A DNA stretch of 64,000 nt from an uncultured Bacteroidota bacterium (GCA_903861155.1 CAIOTL010000063.1:2536-66535), one strand, 5' to 3'; counted from the stretch's first letter, positions 18,396 through 27,926 are shown. Notes: a model not told the origin generated them from the sequence alone. A program made the numbers and translations.

Positions 18396-19808
18396 ATGAA
18401 CAGAAATATTTTCTTAAAGGACAAAAAAAAAAATCTTACACCAAATAAAAGTAAGATAAAAAAAACAATACCAATTATTGTAACGCTCATGATAGGACTT
18501 TTATTTATAAACGCTAATGCCCAAAATAAACTTACTTTATCGCAAGCCATTAACACTGGATTGGCAAATAAAAAAAATATAACAGCCAGTAAATTAGATA
18601 AAACAATCAGTAAATTACAGACACAAGCTTTAAATCGCAAATATTGGCCACAAGTATCCGCAGAATATAATTACTTATACAACCCTATTCTGCAAACTTC
18701 TATTTTACCACTAGGCTTATTTAATCCAACCAATTATGCACCAAATGCTACAAAAAGTGTACAGTTTGGAACCAAATGGACTCAATCAGCAGGATTAACC
18801 CTTAATCAACCTTTACTTGATCTAACTATTAAAAGAAATATCGGTGAAGCAAAATTAAAAGAACAATTAGCCATACTTTCGCAAGAATTATCAGAGTACG
18901 AACTTGCCTATTCCATTGCTCAGACTTATATTGACATTGGCTTACAAGATTCAAAAATAAAAGCAGCTATAGCAGACACCAACAGAACGTATGTTAGCTA
19001 CACATTACTAAAAAATAAATTTGAAGAAAAACGTTTACTCAAATCCGATTTAAATAAATCAAAAGTCAATCATAACAATGCAGTTCAACAATTGTCGGAT
19101 GAGACAGCGCAATTAGTTGAAGACAAATTGTATTTGCTCTTTTTAATGGGAGAGCAAAATATAGAAAAATCGGATTTTGAAATAGACACCAATTTTGTCC
19201 TAAATTCCACTTTTACAAAGTTTGAAGATTTACCTTTATATAATCAATTACCTGATATACAGAAATTCGAATTTCAAAGCAAACTTACCACTTTGCAAGC
19301 TGGTTCTGAAAAGGCGAAACATTTACCCACAATAAGTTTTAAAGGATTTATAGGTGCTAATCAATTTTCTAATACATTCACTCCAGCAGCAGCTAATTCT
19401 TGGTTCGGACTAAGTTATGTTGGTTTAGATGCCAAGTTTCCTTTACTTTTTGGCGAAAATACATCCAATAAAATACAGCAGCTTAAATTACAATCCAAAC
19501 AATACTATCTGCAAAAGGAGGACAAAATACTTCAATATACAAAAGAGGCTTTGACTGCAAAACTTAGAATAGACAATATAAAAAAACAGTTAAAAACCCA
19601 ACAAGAAAATATTTTATTAAACTCCGAATCTATTAGCATTTATCAAGCTCGTGTCCTTGAAGGACAAGAATCTGCATCTACCCTAAATTTAGAAGAAGCT
19701 AGCCTACAAATATTAGAAGCAAATTATGAAACTAACAAAAAGCAATTATGGGTTTATTGGATCAATTATTTAAAAAATTCCGGACAGTTGTCAATATTAT
19801 GGAGATAA
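18396..19808 (+). CDS. TolC family outer membrane efflux protein
   Basis: Signal peptide ending ANA-Q, LTLSQAINTGL, YWPQVS and LPTISF OEP repeats. Confidence 0.85.
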   Translation: MNRNIFLKDKKKNLTPNKSKIKKTIPIIVTLMIGLLFINANAQNKLTLSQAINTGLANKKNITASKLDKTISKLQTQALNRKYWPQVSAEYNYLYNPILQTSILPLGLFNPTNYAPNATKSVQFGTKWTQSAGLTLNQPLLDLTIKRNIGEAKLKEQLAILSQELSEYELAYSIAQTYIDIGLQDSKIKAAIADTNRTYVSYTLLKNKFEEKRLLKSDLNKSKVNHNNAVQQLSDETAQLVEDKLYLLFLMGEQNIEKSDFEIDTNFVLNSTFTKFEDLPLYNQLPDIQKFEFQSKLTTLQAGSEKAKHLPTISFKGFIGANQFSNTFTPAAANSWFGLSYVGLDAKFPLLFGENTSNKIQQLKLQSKQYYLQKEDKILQYTKEALTAKLRIDNIKKQLKTQQENILLNSESISIYQARVLEGQESASTLNLEEASLQILEANYETNKKQLWVYWINYLKNSGQLSILWR

Positions 19809-20148
19809 ATAGCAGGCTATCGGCAACATAAATAATTAGAAACTATGGTTCATTACTAGCTCAGCACAAACCATTAAACCTCAATCTTTTAGATTAATTT
19901 CTGCAAGGAAAGCAGTCATCTGTCCATCTCATTACAGAGCTTATCGTCAAATTTTCAGAAAGAGATTCAAGAATCTCGATTACTTTTATGAATAAGGGCA
20001 AAAGCAAACTGAACCCACAAGATAAATGGCACCAAAAAAACTTCATCACATAAAATGACTATAAATAAAGGATTTTCTTTGAATTTTGCTGCACCTTTAC
20101 TATCTTTCGCATTCGAAAAAAAAAATTGAACCCTTACACATTGAAAAA

Positions 20149-22305
20149 ATGTTAGAAGAAAAGACTGACAACCTGCTTGAGGCAGATGGAAATTTAGCAA
20201 TCAATTCGATTGAAACGATTCAACACGATACAGAAATATTGGAAGAAACTGCTCCGGCCGAACCAAGCAACACCAAAACCGTAGCAGAAATTGCCGAAAC
20301 TGCCACAACGATTTCTGATGGAGAACTGACGGATACTGGCTCAATTATTGAACTCGAAAATCAAACTACTTTGGATTCTGAAACCCACGTTTTGGAAAAA
20401 ATTGAAACAGTTGAATCAACCCATAGCGCAATAGCAGATGAAACTGTACAAACTCCTCCCGACGGCGAACTGTCGGATACCAATACCATTATTGACGCCA
20501 TTGCTGATACTAATGCAGAGGAAAGCGAAGACGAAACGCTAAAAGAACGTCACGATATTCCGATGCTGGATTACGACACTTTGTCTTTAGAATCACTTGT
20601 TGAGGAACTGAAAAAATTGGTTACCAACGAAAAAGTGATGTCGGTAAGGGATCACGTCGAAGAAATTAAAAAATCATTTTTGGCCAAATATTACCATCTT
20701 TTAGAAGAGAAAAAAGAAGAATTTCTTGCCGAGTCCCTAAGCATAGGGACTGACGCGAATAAAGAATTCCAATATCATTCTCCTTTAAAAACAAAATTTG
20801 ACCAATATTATTCCTTATTCAGGGATAATAAAAATACGCATTTCAAAAGTTTGCAAACGAATTTAAAAACAAACCTAGAAAATAGATTGTCAATTGTAGA
20901 GGAATTAAAAGAGCTTATCAATCCGCAGGAAAACATCAAAGATACCTTAAAACAATTCAATGATTTAAGGGAACGATGGAAAAATGCAGGCCCAATTCCG
21001 AAAGACAAATACAACCACGTATGGAACAATTACCATTTTCACGTAGAAAATTTCTATGATTATTTGCACTTGGACAGGGAAGCAAGAGATCTTGATTTCA
21101 AACACAATTTAGAGCAAAAACAAAAAATTGTAGCGCGTGTTGAGGAATTGGTCAACGAAGTCGACATCAACAAAGCGTTCCGGGAATTACAGGATTTACA
21201 TAAAATCTGGAAAGAAGATATTGGTCCCGTTTCAAGAGAATTCCGTGATGAAATATGGAACAAGTTTAGTGATTTGACGAAACAAATGCACGACAAACGT
21301 GAAATTTTGTTCGGAAATTTAAGAGGAACCGAACTTGAAAATCTAAAAAAGAAAAAAGATATTATAGCCAAAATCGAAGTATTGGCAACCGAAAAAGTAA
21401 ACGCTCATTCGCAATGGCTGGGTCAAATAGAAAAAGTGGAAGCTTTAAGAACCGCTTTTTTCTCAGCTGGAAAAGTTCCGTCGGACGTGAATGAGGAAAC
21501 TTGGGCCGCTTTTAAAACTGCTGTCAGAAATTTTAATTCTTTTAAAAATTCATTTTATAAAGACATCAAAAAAGACCAAAACAATAATCTGAACAAAAAA
21601 ATGGCACTTGTAGCCAAAGCCAAAGAATTGCAGGAAAGTACTGATTTTGCTACTTCTACTCCAATTATGAAACAAATTCAGGAAGAATGGAAACAAATTG
21701 GACACGTTCCAAGAAAGTATTCTGATAAAATCTGGGCGGAATTCAAAGAAGCCTGCAATCATTATTTTGACAAATTAAAAGAACAGAAAAATGAAGAAAA
21801 CGGCGAAGAAATTGAAGCTTTCGACAAAAAGAAAGCCTATTTAGAAACCTTGAGAGCGTTTCAATTGGTTGGCGACCACAAAACCGATTTGGATGCTATA
21901 AAATTACATATCGAAACTTGGAAAAACTTCGGAAGAGTTCCTTTCGCAAGAAGGCACATTGAAGGAAAGTTCAATAAAGTTTTGGATGCTTTGTTTGAAA
22001 AGTTAAGTCTGAGCAAAAAAGACAGTGAAATGATGCGCTTCGCCAATAGAATTGATCATTTATCGGACAATAATGATACTCGAAAACTAGAAAACGAAAA
22101 GATTTTCTTGATGCGCAAAATTGATGAAATTAAGAATGAAATTTTCCAATTGGAAAACAACATCCAATTTTTTACCAATACAAGAAATGCGAAAAAAGAG
22201 AATTCAATTGTCTTGGAAGTCCGAAAAAACATTGAAAAGCACAGAGAAGAAATGAATATTTTGAAAGATAAATTAAAACAAGTCAGGAACATAAATCAGG
22301 CTTAA
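20149..22305 (+). CDS. DUF349-type helical repeat protein with acidic N-terminus
   Basis: Repeated L..K..l...a.eL....d....l..lq.eWk.iG.vP...d.iW..F units; start set at ATG 20149. Confidence 0.8.
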   Translation: MLEEKTDNLLEADGNLAINSIETIQHDTEILEETAPAEPSNTKTVAEIAETATTISDGELTDTGSIIELENQTTLDSETHVLEKIETVESTHSAIADETVQTPPDGELSDTNTIIDAIADTNAEESEDETLKERHDIPMLDYDTLSLESLVEELKKLVTNEKVMSVRDHVEEIKKSFLAKYYHLLEEKKEEFLAESLSIGTDANKEFQYHSPLKTKFDQYYSLFRDNKNTHFKSLQTNLKTNLENRLSIVEELKELINPQENIKDTLKQFNDLRERWKNAGPIPKDKYNHVWNNYHFHVENFYDYLHLDREARDLDFKHNLEQKQKIVARVEELVNEVDINKAFRELQDLHKIWKEDIGPVSREFRDEIWNKFSDLTKQMHDKREILFGNLRGTELENLKKKKDIIAKIEVLATEKVNAHSQWLGQIEKVEALRTAFFSAGKVPSDVNEETWAAFKTAVRNFNSFKNSFYKDIKKDQNNNLNKKMALVAKAKELQESTDFATSTPIMKQIQEEWKQIGHVPRKYSDKIWAEFKEACNHYFDKLKEQKNEENGEEIEAFDKKKAYLETLRAFQLVGDHKTDLDAIKLHIETWKNFGRVPFARRHIEGKFNKVLDALFEKLSLSKKDSEMMRFANRIDHLSDNNDTRKLENEKIFLMRKIDEIKNEIFQLENNIQFFTNTRNAKKENSIVLEVRKNIEKHREEMNILKDKLKQVRNINQA

Positions 22306-22326
22306 TGCATATTGAATTTCAAGTTT

Positions 22327-22362
22327 AAAACCTCATTCTTAACCCAAGATTGAGGTTTTTTA
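22327..22362 (+). terminator. Intrinsic terminator after the DUF349 gene
   Basis: AAAACCTCATTCTT-AACCC-AAGATTGAGGTTTT plus T run. Confidence 0.75.
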
Positions 22363-22379
22363 ATGCCCAAAAATAGAAT

Positions 22380-22393
22380 ATGATAATTATCAT
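22380..22393. promoter_or_regulatory. FNR-like palindrome upstream of hemN
   Basis: ATGAT-AATT-ATCAT, centred 29.5 bp before a TATTTTTG -7 box (22416-22423). Confidence 0.8.
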
Positions 22394-22444
22394 TTTAATA
22401 TTGGCAAGGGCTTACTATTTTTGATTACTGAAAAATGGCTTTTT

Positions 22445-23809
22445 ATGAAAAATTCTATCCTCCAAAAATATAATGTTCCCGGTCCAAGATACACGAGTTA
22501 TCCAACAGTTCCCTATTGGAACGAGGCTGATTTCACCTATCAAATGTGGATTGAAACCCTAAAAAAATCATTTGCAGAAAGTAATACCACCGAAGGATTA
22601 AGTCTTTACATTCATCTTCCTTTTTGTGAAAGTATGTGTACTTTTTGCGGCTGTAACAAGCGAATTACCAGAAATCACGAAGTAGAAAACCCCTATATTG
22701 AAGCAGTTTTGAAAGAATGGGCGATTTATTGCAACATTCTTGAAGACAAACCCATTATAAAAGAAATCCATTTGGGAGGAGGAACCCCCACTTTTTTCTC
22801 TACAAAAAATTTGGAAGATTTGATTAACGGGATTTTCTGTTATGCCGAAAGAGCCAAAGAGTACGAATTCAGTTTCGAAGGTCATCCCAACAATACAACG
22901 CGAGCCCATTTACAAAAGCTATATGAATTAGGTTTCCGAAGAGTTAGTTTTGGCGTTCAGGATTACTCCGAAAAAGTTCAAAAAGCGATCCATAGGGAAC
23001 AACCTTTTCACAACGTGGCAAAAGTAACTTTTTGGGCAAAGGAAATTGGTTACACCTCCATTGGTCACGATATAATTTTTGGCCTACCTTTTCAGGAAAT
23101 TGATGATGTAATTAATACCATTGAAAAAACTAATTCTTTACAACCTGATCGATTGGCGTTCTATAGTTATGCGCACGTACCATGGATAAAGGGAAATGGA
23201 CAACGCGGTTTCAATGATGAAGATATTCCAAAAGACGAAGTAAAACGTATGTTGTATGAAGTAGGGAAAGACTTATTATTTGAAAATGAGTATTATGAAA
23301 TCGGAATGGACCATTTTGCATTGAAAACTGACAGTTTATACAAATCTTTTGAGAATAAAACGTTACATCGCAATTTTATGGGTTACAGTTCATCAAAAAC
23401 CCAGTTGATGATTGGCTTGGGCGTTTCATCGATAAGCGATAGTTGGTATAGTTTTGCACAAAATGTAAAGGAATTAGAAGAATATTATAAACTATTGAAA
23501 GAAGATAAATTGCCCATTTTCAGGGGACATTTATTGACCGAAGAAGACCTTATTATCCGTAAACACATCCTGAATTTAATGTGCCAATTTGAAACTTCTT
23601 GGAAAGACAAATCGAATTATTTCAAGGAAATTCCAGATATTTTAATCCAATTGAAAGAAATGGAAAAAGATGGATTGGTAATTATTAAAAAAGATAGAAT
23701 CGAAGTTACCAATGCCGGAAAACCCTTTGTCCGCAATATTTGTATGGCATTTGACCTAAGATTAAAAAGAAAAGCGCCAGAAACCAAATTATTTTCGATG
23801 ACGATTTAA
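22445..23809 (+). CDS. hemN: Oxygen-independent coproporphyrinogen III oxidase (radical SAM)
   Basis: GPRYTSYPT, CxxxCxxC (CESMCTFC), GGGTPT, HRNFMGY; start ATG 22445 lies downstream of the promoter box. Confidence 0.95.
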   Translation: MKNSILQKYNVPGPRYTSYPTVPYWNEADFTYQMWIETLKKSFAESNTTEGLSLYIHLPFCESMCTFCGCNKRITRNHEVENPYIEAVLKEWAIYCNILEDKPIIKEIHLGGGTPTFFSTKNLEDLINGIFCYAERAKEYEFSFEGHPNNTTRAHLQKLYELGFRRVSFGVQDYSEKVQKAIHREQPFHNVAKVTFWAKEIGYTSIGHDIIFGLPFQEIDDVINTIEKTNSLQPDRLAFYSYAHVPWIKGNGQRGFNDEDIPKDEVKRMLYEVGKDLLFENEYYEIGMDHFALKTDSLYKSFENKTLHRNFMGYSSSKTQLMIGLGVSSISDSWYSFAQNVKELEEYYKLLKEDKLPIFRGHLLTEEDLIIRKHILNLMCQFETSWKDKSNYFKEIPDILIQLKEMEKDGLVIIKKDRIEVTNAGKPFVRNICMAFDLRLKRKAPETKLFSMTI

Positions 23810-24511
23810 TCAATGACAATTAGGAGTCGTTTGTATGAACAAACTCGTATTTGAAGGAGAAACATAGGGAATTCCCAATCCTAAACCTCTCAAAATAAAT
23901 AATACTCCAATAATTACCCCTATGTAAGGAATGGCTTTTTGGATTTTATTTCGAATCGAAATGGTCAAAAAAGAATTGAGATATACCACGGCACTCATCA
24001 TTGGGACAGTTCCCAACCCAAACAAAATCATATACAAAACGCCAAGACTTTCGCTTTGCATTGCAATGGCCCCAAACAAGGCAACATAAACCATTCCGCA
24101 AGGTAAAAATCCGTTGAGCAAACCGATGGTGAATAGTGATTTATAACTCTTGTTTTTAAATTGGCTTCCTAAAGTTGATTTGATCTTGGAAATTAGTTTA
24201 AAAACTGATTTTGAGAAGTTGTAATTGGCAAAAATTCTCTCAGGAACCAAAATCACGGTAATCATCGCAACACCAATAAATAGTGATAGTTTTTGTTGTA
24301 TTCCGGCAAGAAAAAATCCTTTACCAACCAATCCGAAGACCAATCCAATTGACGCATATGCAGATAATCTGCCTAGATGATACGTGATGATTTGTGTCGT
24401 TTTCTTTGCGGGATTTGTTCTGTCCACCGGCAACATCAAAGCAATAGGTCCGCACATTCCGATGCAGTGAAAACTACTGATTAATCCGAAGATGAAAGCT
24501 GTGTAAAGCAT
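23810..24511 (-). CDS. TauE/SafE (DsbD_2-like) membrane protein, cbb3 accessory
   Basis: HCIGMCGPI, YHLGR, GFLPCGMVY, FGLGTVPM. Confidence 0.88.
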   Translation of the reverse strand: MLYTAFIFGLISSFHCIGMCGPIALMLPVDRTNPAKKTTQIITYHLGRLSAYASIGLVFGLVGKGFFLAGIQQKLSLFIGVAMITVILVPERIFANYNFSKSVFKLISKIKSTLGSQFKNKSYKSLFTIGLLNGFLPCGMVYVALFGAIAMQSESLGVLYMILFGLGTVPMMSAVVYLNSFLTISIRNKIQKAIPYIGVIIGVLFILRGLGLGIPYVSPSNTSLFIQTTPNCH

Positions 24512-24573
24512 TTTAGATTGCAGATTTTAGATTGCAGATTTTAGATTTTAGATTTTAGATTTTAGATTTTAAG
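24511..24573. repeat. Heptamer tandem array (TTTTAGA/TTGCAGA) x8 plus a partial unit
   Basis: Direct reading; on the coding strand (TCTAAAA)n runs into the ATG. Confidence 0.95.
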
Positions 24574-24594
24574 CAAATCAATTATCTACCCTCT

Positions 24595-25044
24595 TTAATT
24601 TATATAAACAGTTTCCTTTGTAAGATATTGTTTTCCATTATATTGCCACTCCATATTAATTTCCCATCGACCGTCTAACAACCTGTTTTTAGGAACGAGC
24701 AAAGAGGAACCAGAAAGTGCAATTGGCACGTCAAAATCTAGTTTTTCGCTTGATGATCTGTAAAAAGATACTTTCCCTTTGATGTTTTTTGGAACATAAA
24801 CTTCTGGAAATATAATCGTAATTCCTTCTGCAGTATCTGTTATTACAGGTTTTTGAGCTAGATCCTGAGCACTTTGAATCCTCACCATTTCATCTCCAAA
24901 TTTCGCATCGTGTTTGTAATATTCGTCAACAACCAATTCATTGTCGTATTTTGAATCCGATTGGACTTTAATAACAAAATATAAAATAAAAGTCATAAAC
25001 AATGCAAAAGCAATTACGATTCCTGTTCCCCAATTAATTTTCAT
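24595..25044 (-). CDS. ccoH: FixH/CcoH family protein
   Basis: MKINWGTGIVIAF..F, ELV.DEYYK; position in the cco operon; start set at ATG 25044. Confidence 0.85.
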   Translation of the reverse strand: MKINWGTGIVIAFALFMTFILYFVIKVQSDSKYDNELVVDEYYKHDAKFGDEMVRIQSAQDLAQKPVITDTAEGITIIFPEVYVPKNIKGKVSFYRSSSEKLDFDVPIALSGSSLLVPKNRLLDGRWEINMEWQYNGKQYLTKETVYIN

Positions 25045-25078
25045 AACAATGTATTTTTTAATAATAAAACTTAGAAAT

Positions 25079-26497
25079 CTAATCAAAACTTTGTGGGCTC
25101 AAAAAACTTGTAGTTGTAGTTTCAATTTTTTTATTCCCATTATAGACCTCAACTTCTATTTTTGTTTTATCGTGTTCTAATAAATATTGATGGATTTCAA
25201 TGAACAAAGTTCCTTGAGCCATTGTTTGTTTTTTTACTTTAAAATCTTGTTTTCCAACAACATTTATTTTTCCTTTTATTCCGTGTAATTTGAAATGTAT
25301 GTCATTAAAATCATTATTCGTTTTATTGATAATTTTGAATGTGAAAATATTGCTAATATCATCGCCTTTGTGCTCATACAATTGTCCAGGTAATCTAAAA
25401 ATAGTTGCCTCAACTTCTGTACGGATAAACAATAATCCGATTAATATTCCAACAAGAATCAACAATACGGAGCTATATCCTTTCATCCTGGCCGTGAATT
25501 TGAATCCAATATTCTTCTCGATTTCATCTTCTGACGCATAACGAATAAGTCCTTTTGGTAAACCTACACCTTCCATAATAGTGTCGCATTCGTCTACGCA
25601 TGCGGTGCAATTAATGCATTCTAATTGCGTTCCGTTTCGAATATCAATTCCTGTTGGACAAACGTTGACACATTGTTTACAATCAATGCAATCACCTTTT
25701 CCGGACGTAGCTCTATCTTCTTGTTTATTGAACTTGGCTCTGCCATATTCCTTTTCGCCTCGAACAAAATCATAGGCAACATTTATTGATTTATCGTCCA
25801 ATAAAACTCCTTGTAATCTTCCATAAGGACAAGCAATAATGCAAACCTGTTCTCTGAACCAAGCAAAAATAAAATAGAAAATACCAGTGAATATAGATAG
25901 TGAAATCAAGGTGCTACCTTGATTTTCGGGTCCTTCCTCAATCATTCGGATCAATTCGTCGCTTCCTATAAGATAAGCAAGGAAAATATTGGCGATAAAA
26001 AATGAAATCACTAAAAAAACAAACCATTTTAAGCCTTTCTTCCTGATTTTTTCGGTATTCCATTCTTGCTTGGATAATCTAATTTGGGCGCCACGATCGC
26101 CTTCTATCCAAAATTCTATTCTTCGAAAAACCATTTCGAGAAATATGGTTTGGGGACAAATCCATCCGCAAAATATGCGTCCGAAAATCACGGTAAAAAG
26201 AATGACAAAAACCACTCCAACAATCATAAAAAGAACAAAAAGGTAGAAATCTTGTGGCCAAAATGGAAATCCAAAAATATTAAATCGACGTTCTAAAACG
26301 TTGAACATCATAAACTGGTTACCATTAATCTTTATGAACGGATTTGCAACCAAAATTATCAATAAAAAATAGCTTACCCACTTCCTGTAGTCATAAAACC
26401 TGCCGGAAGGTTTTTTTGGAAAAATGAATTTCCTATTCCCCGCTTCATCAATTGTACCTATGGTATCTCTAAAAGCTTCGTCTGGAATTTTTGGCAT
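25079..26497 (-). CDS. ccoG: cbb3 oxidase accessory protein CcoG/FixG
   Basis: CGWICPQT, CIIACPYGRLQ, two ferredoxin motifs CIDCKQCVNVCPTGIDIR and CINCTACVDEC. Confidence 0.95.
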   Translation of the reverse strand: MPKIPDEAFRDTIGTIDEAGNRKFIFPKKPSGRFYDYRKWVSYFLLIILVANPFIKINGNQFMMFNVLERRFNIFGFPFWPQDFYLFVLFMIVGVVFVILFTVIFGRIFCGWICPQTIFLEMVFRRIEFWIEGDRGAQIRLSKQEWNTEKIRKKGLKWFVFLVISFFIANIFLAYLIGSDELIRMIEEGPENQGSTLISLSIFTGIFYFIFAWFREQVCIIACPYGRLQGVLLDDKSINVAYDFVRGEKEYGRAKFNKQEDRATSGKGDCIDCKQCVNVCPTGIDIRNGTQLECINCTACVDECDTIMEGVGLPKGLIRYASEDEIEKNIGFKFTARMKGYSSVLLILVGILIGLLFIRTEVEATIFRLPGQLYEHKGDDISNIFTFKIINKTNNDFNDIHFKLHGIKGKINVVGKQDFKVKKQTMAQGTLFIEIHQYLLEHDKTKIEVEVYNGNKKIETTTTSFLSPQSFD

Positions 26498-26521
26498 TTT
26501 TTATTGTTTGTTTGATCATAA

Positions 26522-26555
26522 AATCTTTGCCAAGTTTGTAGACTTGGCAAAGATT
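26522..26555. terminator. 14-bp hairpin between ccoP and ccoG (attenuator, terminator or stabiliser)
   Basis: AATCTTTGCCAAGT-TTGTAG-ACTTGGCAAAGATT. Confidence 0.65.
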
Positions 26556-26593
26556 ATAAAAGTAAATTTATTGTATAATAAATTAAAAAATCA

Positions 26594-27898
26594 TTATTTC
26601 TTAACTGAACCTACCCAAACATCACCTTCAGGTGCTTTCGGGTTCGGTGGATTAGTTCCTTGCAATGACAAAACATAACTTGCAACCAGTTGAATGTCTT
26701 TTGGCTTCATTCCGCTTTTAGACCAAGCAACCATTCCTTTCCCTTCACGCCCCCCGTTTGTAATTGTGTTGACAACATTCTTAATCCCTCCACCCAAAAT
26801 CCAACGATTATCCGTCAAATTTGGACCTATCAGTCCACCAGCATCTGGTCTGTGACAGGCAACACAAGTTGTCATAAAAATTTTCTTACCCGCAGCTAAA
26901 TCTGCTGGACTAGTCAACAATACAACATTGTTTTCAGAAACAGTAACATCTGTTTTTGTAGCAGTCTCGGTAGTCTCTGTTTTGGTCTCAACCACTGCAT
27001 CAACTTTTTTAGGAGATCCTGAATCAGTCCAAACTTCTCCTTCTGGAGCTTTCGGATTCACGGGATTACTTCCTTGCAACGACAATACATAACTCGCAAC
27101 AAGTTGAATATCTTTAGGCTTCATACCACTTTTTGACCAAGCAATCATACCTTTTCCGTCACGACCACCATTGGTAATGGTGTGGAAAACATTTTTAATA
27201 CCACCTCCCAAAATCCATCTATCATCCGTTAAATTAGGGCCGATTAGTCCTCCTGCATCGGGTCTGTGACAGGCAACACAATTAGTCATGAAAATTTTCT
27301 TTCCCGTAGCTAAATCAGCAGGACTGGTCAATAAAGTAACGGTTTTTTCATCCATTAAATCAGGAGCGGTTTTTTTATAATTGGCAATATCAATTTGGGC
27401 TTGAGCCATTTCTTTTTTCAATTCCATTTCTTGATTATCTCCGCCCATGACTTCAAATCGAACAAGGTAAACCACTGCAAAAATGATGCAACCATAGAAC
27501 AAGTAAACCCACCATGGTGGCAAACTGTTGTCTAATTCCTTAATTCCGTCATAATCGTGATCCAACAATAATTGTCCTTCGTTTTCTATTGGTTCTGATT
27601 TTGTCAAAGCTTTTATCAGTTTTTTGAACCATGCGCTTTCCTTATAGCTAACAGCACTAGTTTCCTCTAATTTTGCTTTTTGTTCTTCAGTAAGCAATTG
27701 ATACGTGATGGTATCTACTGCATTTACAGTGATTTCAATTGCTATTAAAAGGAAAAGAAATACAAATAAAAAGAGGGAAACCATTGGGAATTTTACGAAA
27801 GCTGGTTGATTTCCAGAGTCAATAAAATATTCCATTGTTCCAAAAACAGCGAAGAAAATGATTATTATTCTTAAATATGCTGGGATTAATTTTTTCAT
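26594..27898 (-). CDS. ccoP: cbb3-type cytochrome c oxidase subunit III with two tandem cytochrome c domains
   Basis: HDYDGIKELDNSLPPWW (FixP N-terminus) and two CVACH heme motifs. Confidence 0.93.
   Translation of the reverse strand: MKKLIPAYLRIIIIFFAVFGTMEYFIDSGNQPAFVKFPMVSLFLFVFLFLLIAIEITVNAVDTITYQLLTEEQKAKLEETSAVSYKESAWFKKLIKALTKSEPIENEGQLLLDHDYDGIKELDNSLPPWWVYLFYGCIIFAVVYLVRFEVMGGDNQEMELKKEMAQAQIDIANYKKTAPDLMDEKTVTLLTSPADLATGKKIFMTNCVACHRPDAGGLIGPNLTDDRWILGGGIKNVFHTITNGGRDGKGMIAWSKSGMKPKDIQLVASYVLSLQGSNPVNPKAPEGEVWTDSGSPKKVDAVVETKTETTETATKTDVTVSENNVVLLTSPADLAAGKKIFMTTCVACHRPDAGGLIGPNLTDNRWILGGGIKNVVNTITNGGREGKGMVAWSKSGMKPKDIQLVASYVLSLQGTNPPNPKAPEGDVWVGSVKK
26615..27340 (-). repeat. Internal domain duplication in ccoP (27029-27340 and 26615-26926)
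   Basis: Two 104-aa copies with 11 differences by manual alignment. Confidence 0.95.
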
Positions 27899-27926
27899 TT
27901 TTTTATTTATTTGAAAATTATATAAT

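Noticed and set aside
22380-22393. Palindrome read as a Fur box (TGATAAT core)
   Set aside because: It is 6-0-6 rather than the Fur 7-1-7 form, one copy reads TGAC-N4-GTCA, and its position fits activation next to an FNR-like gene; not fully excluded without binding data
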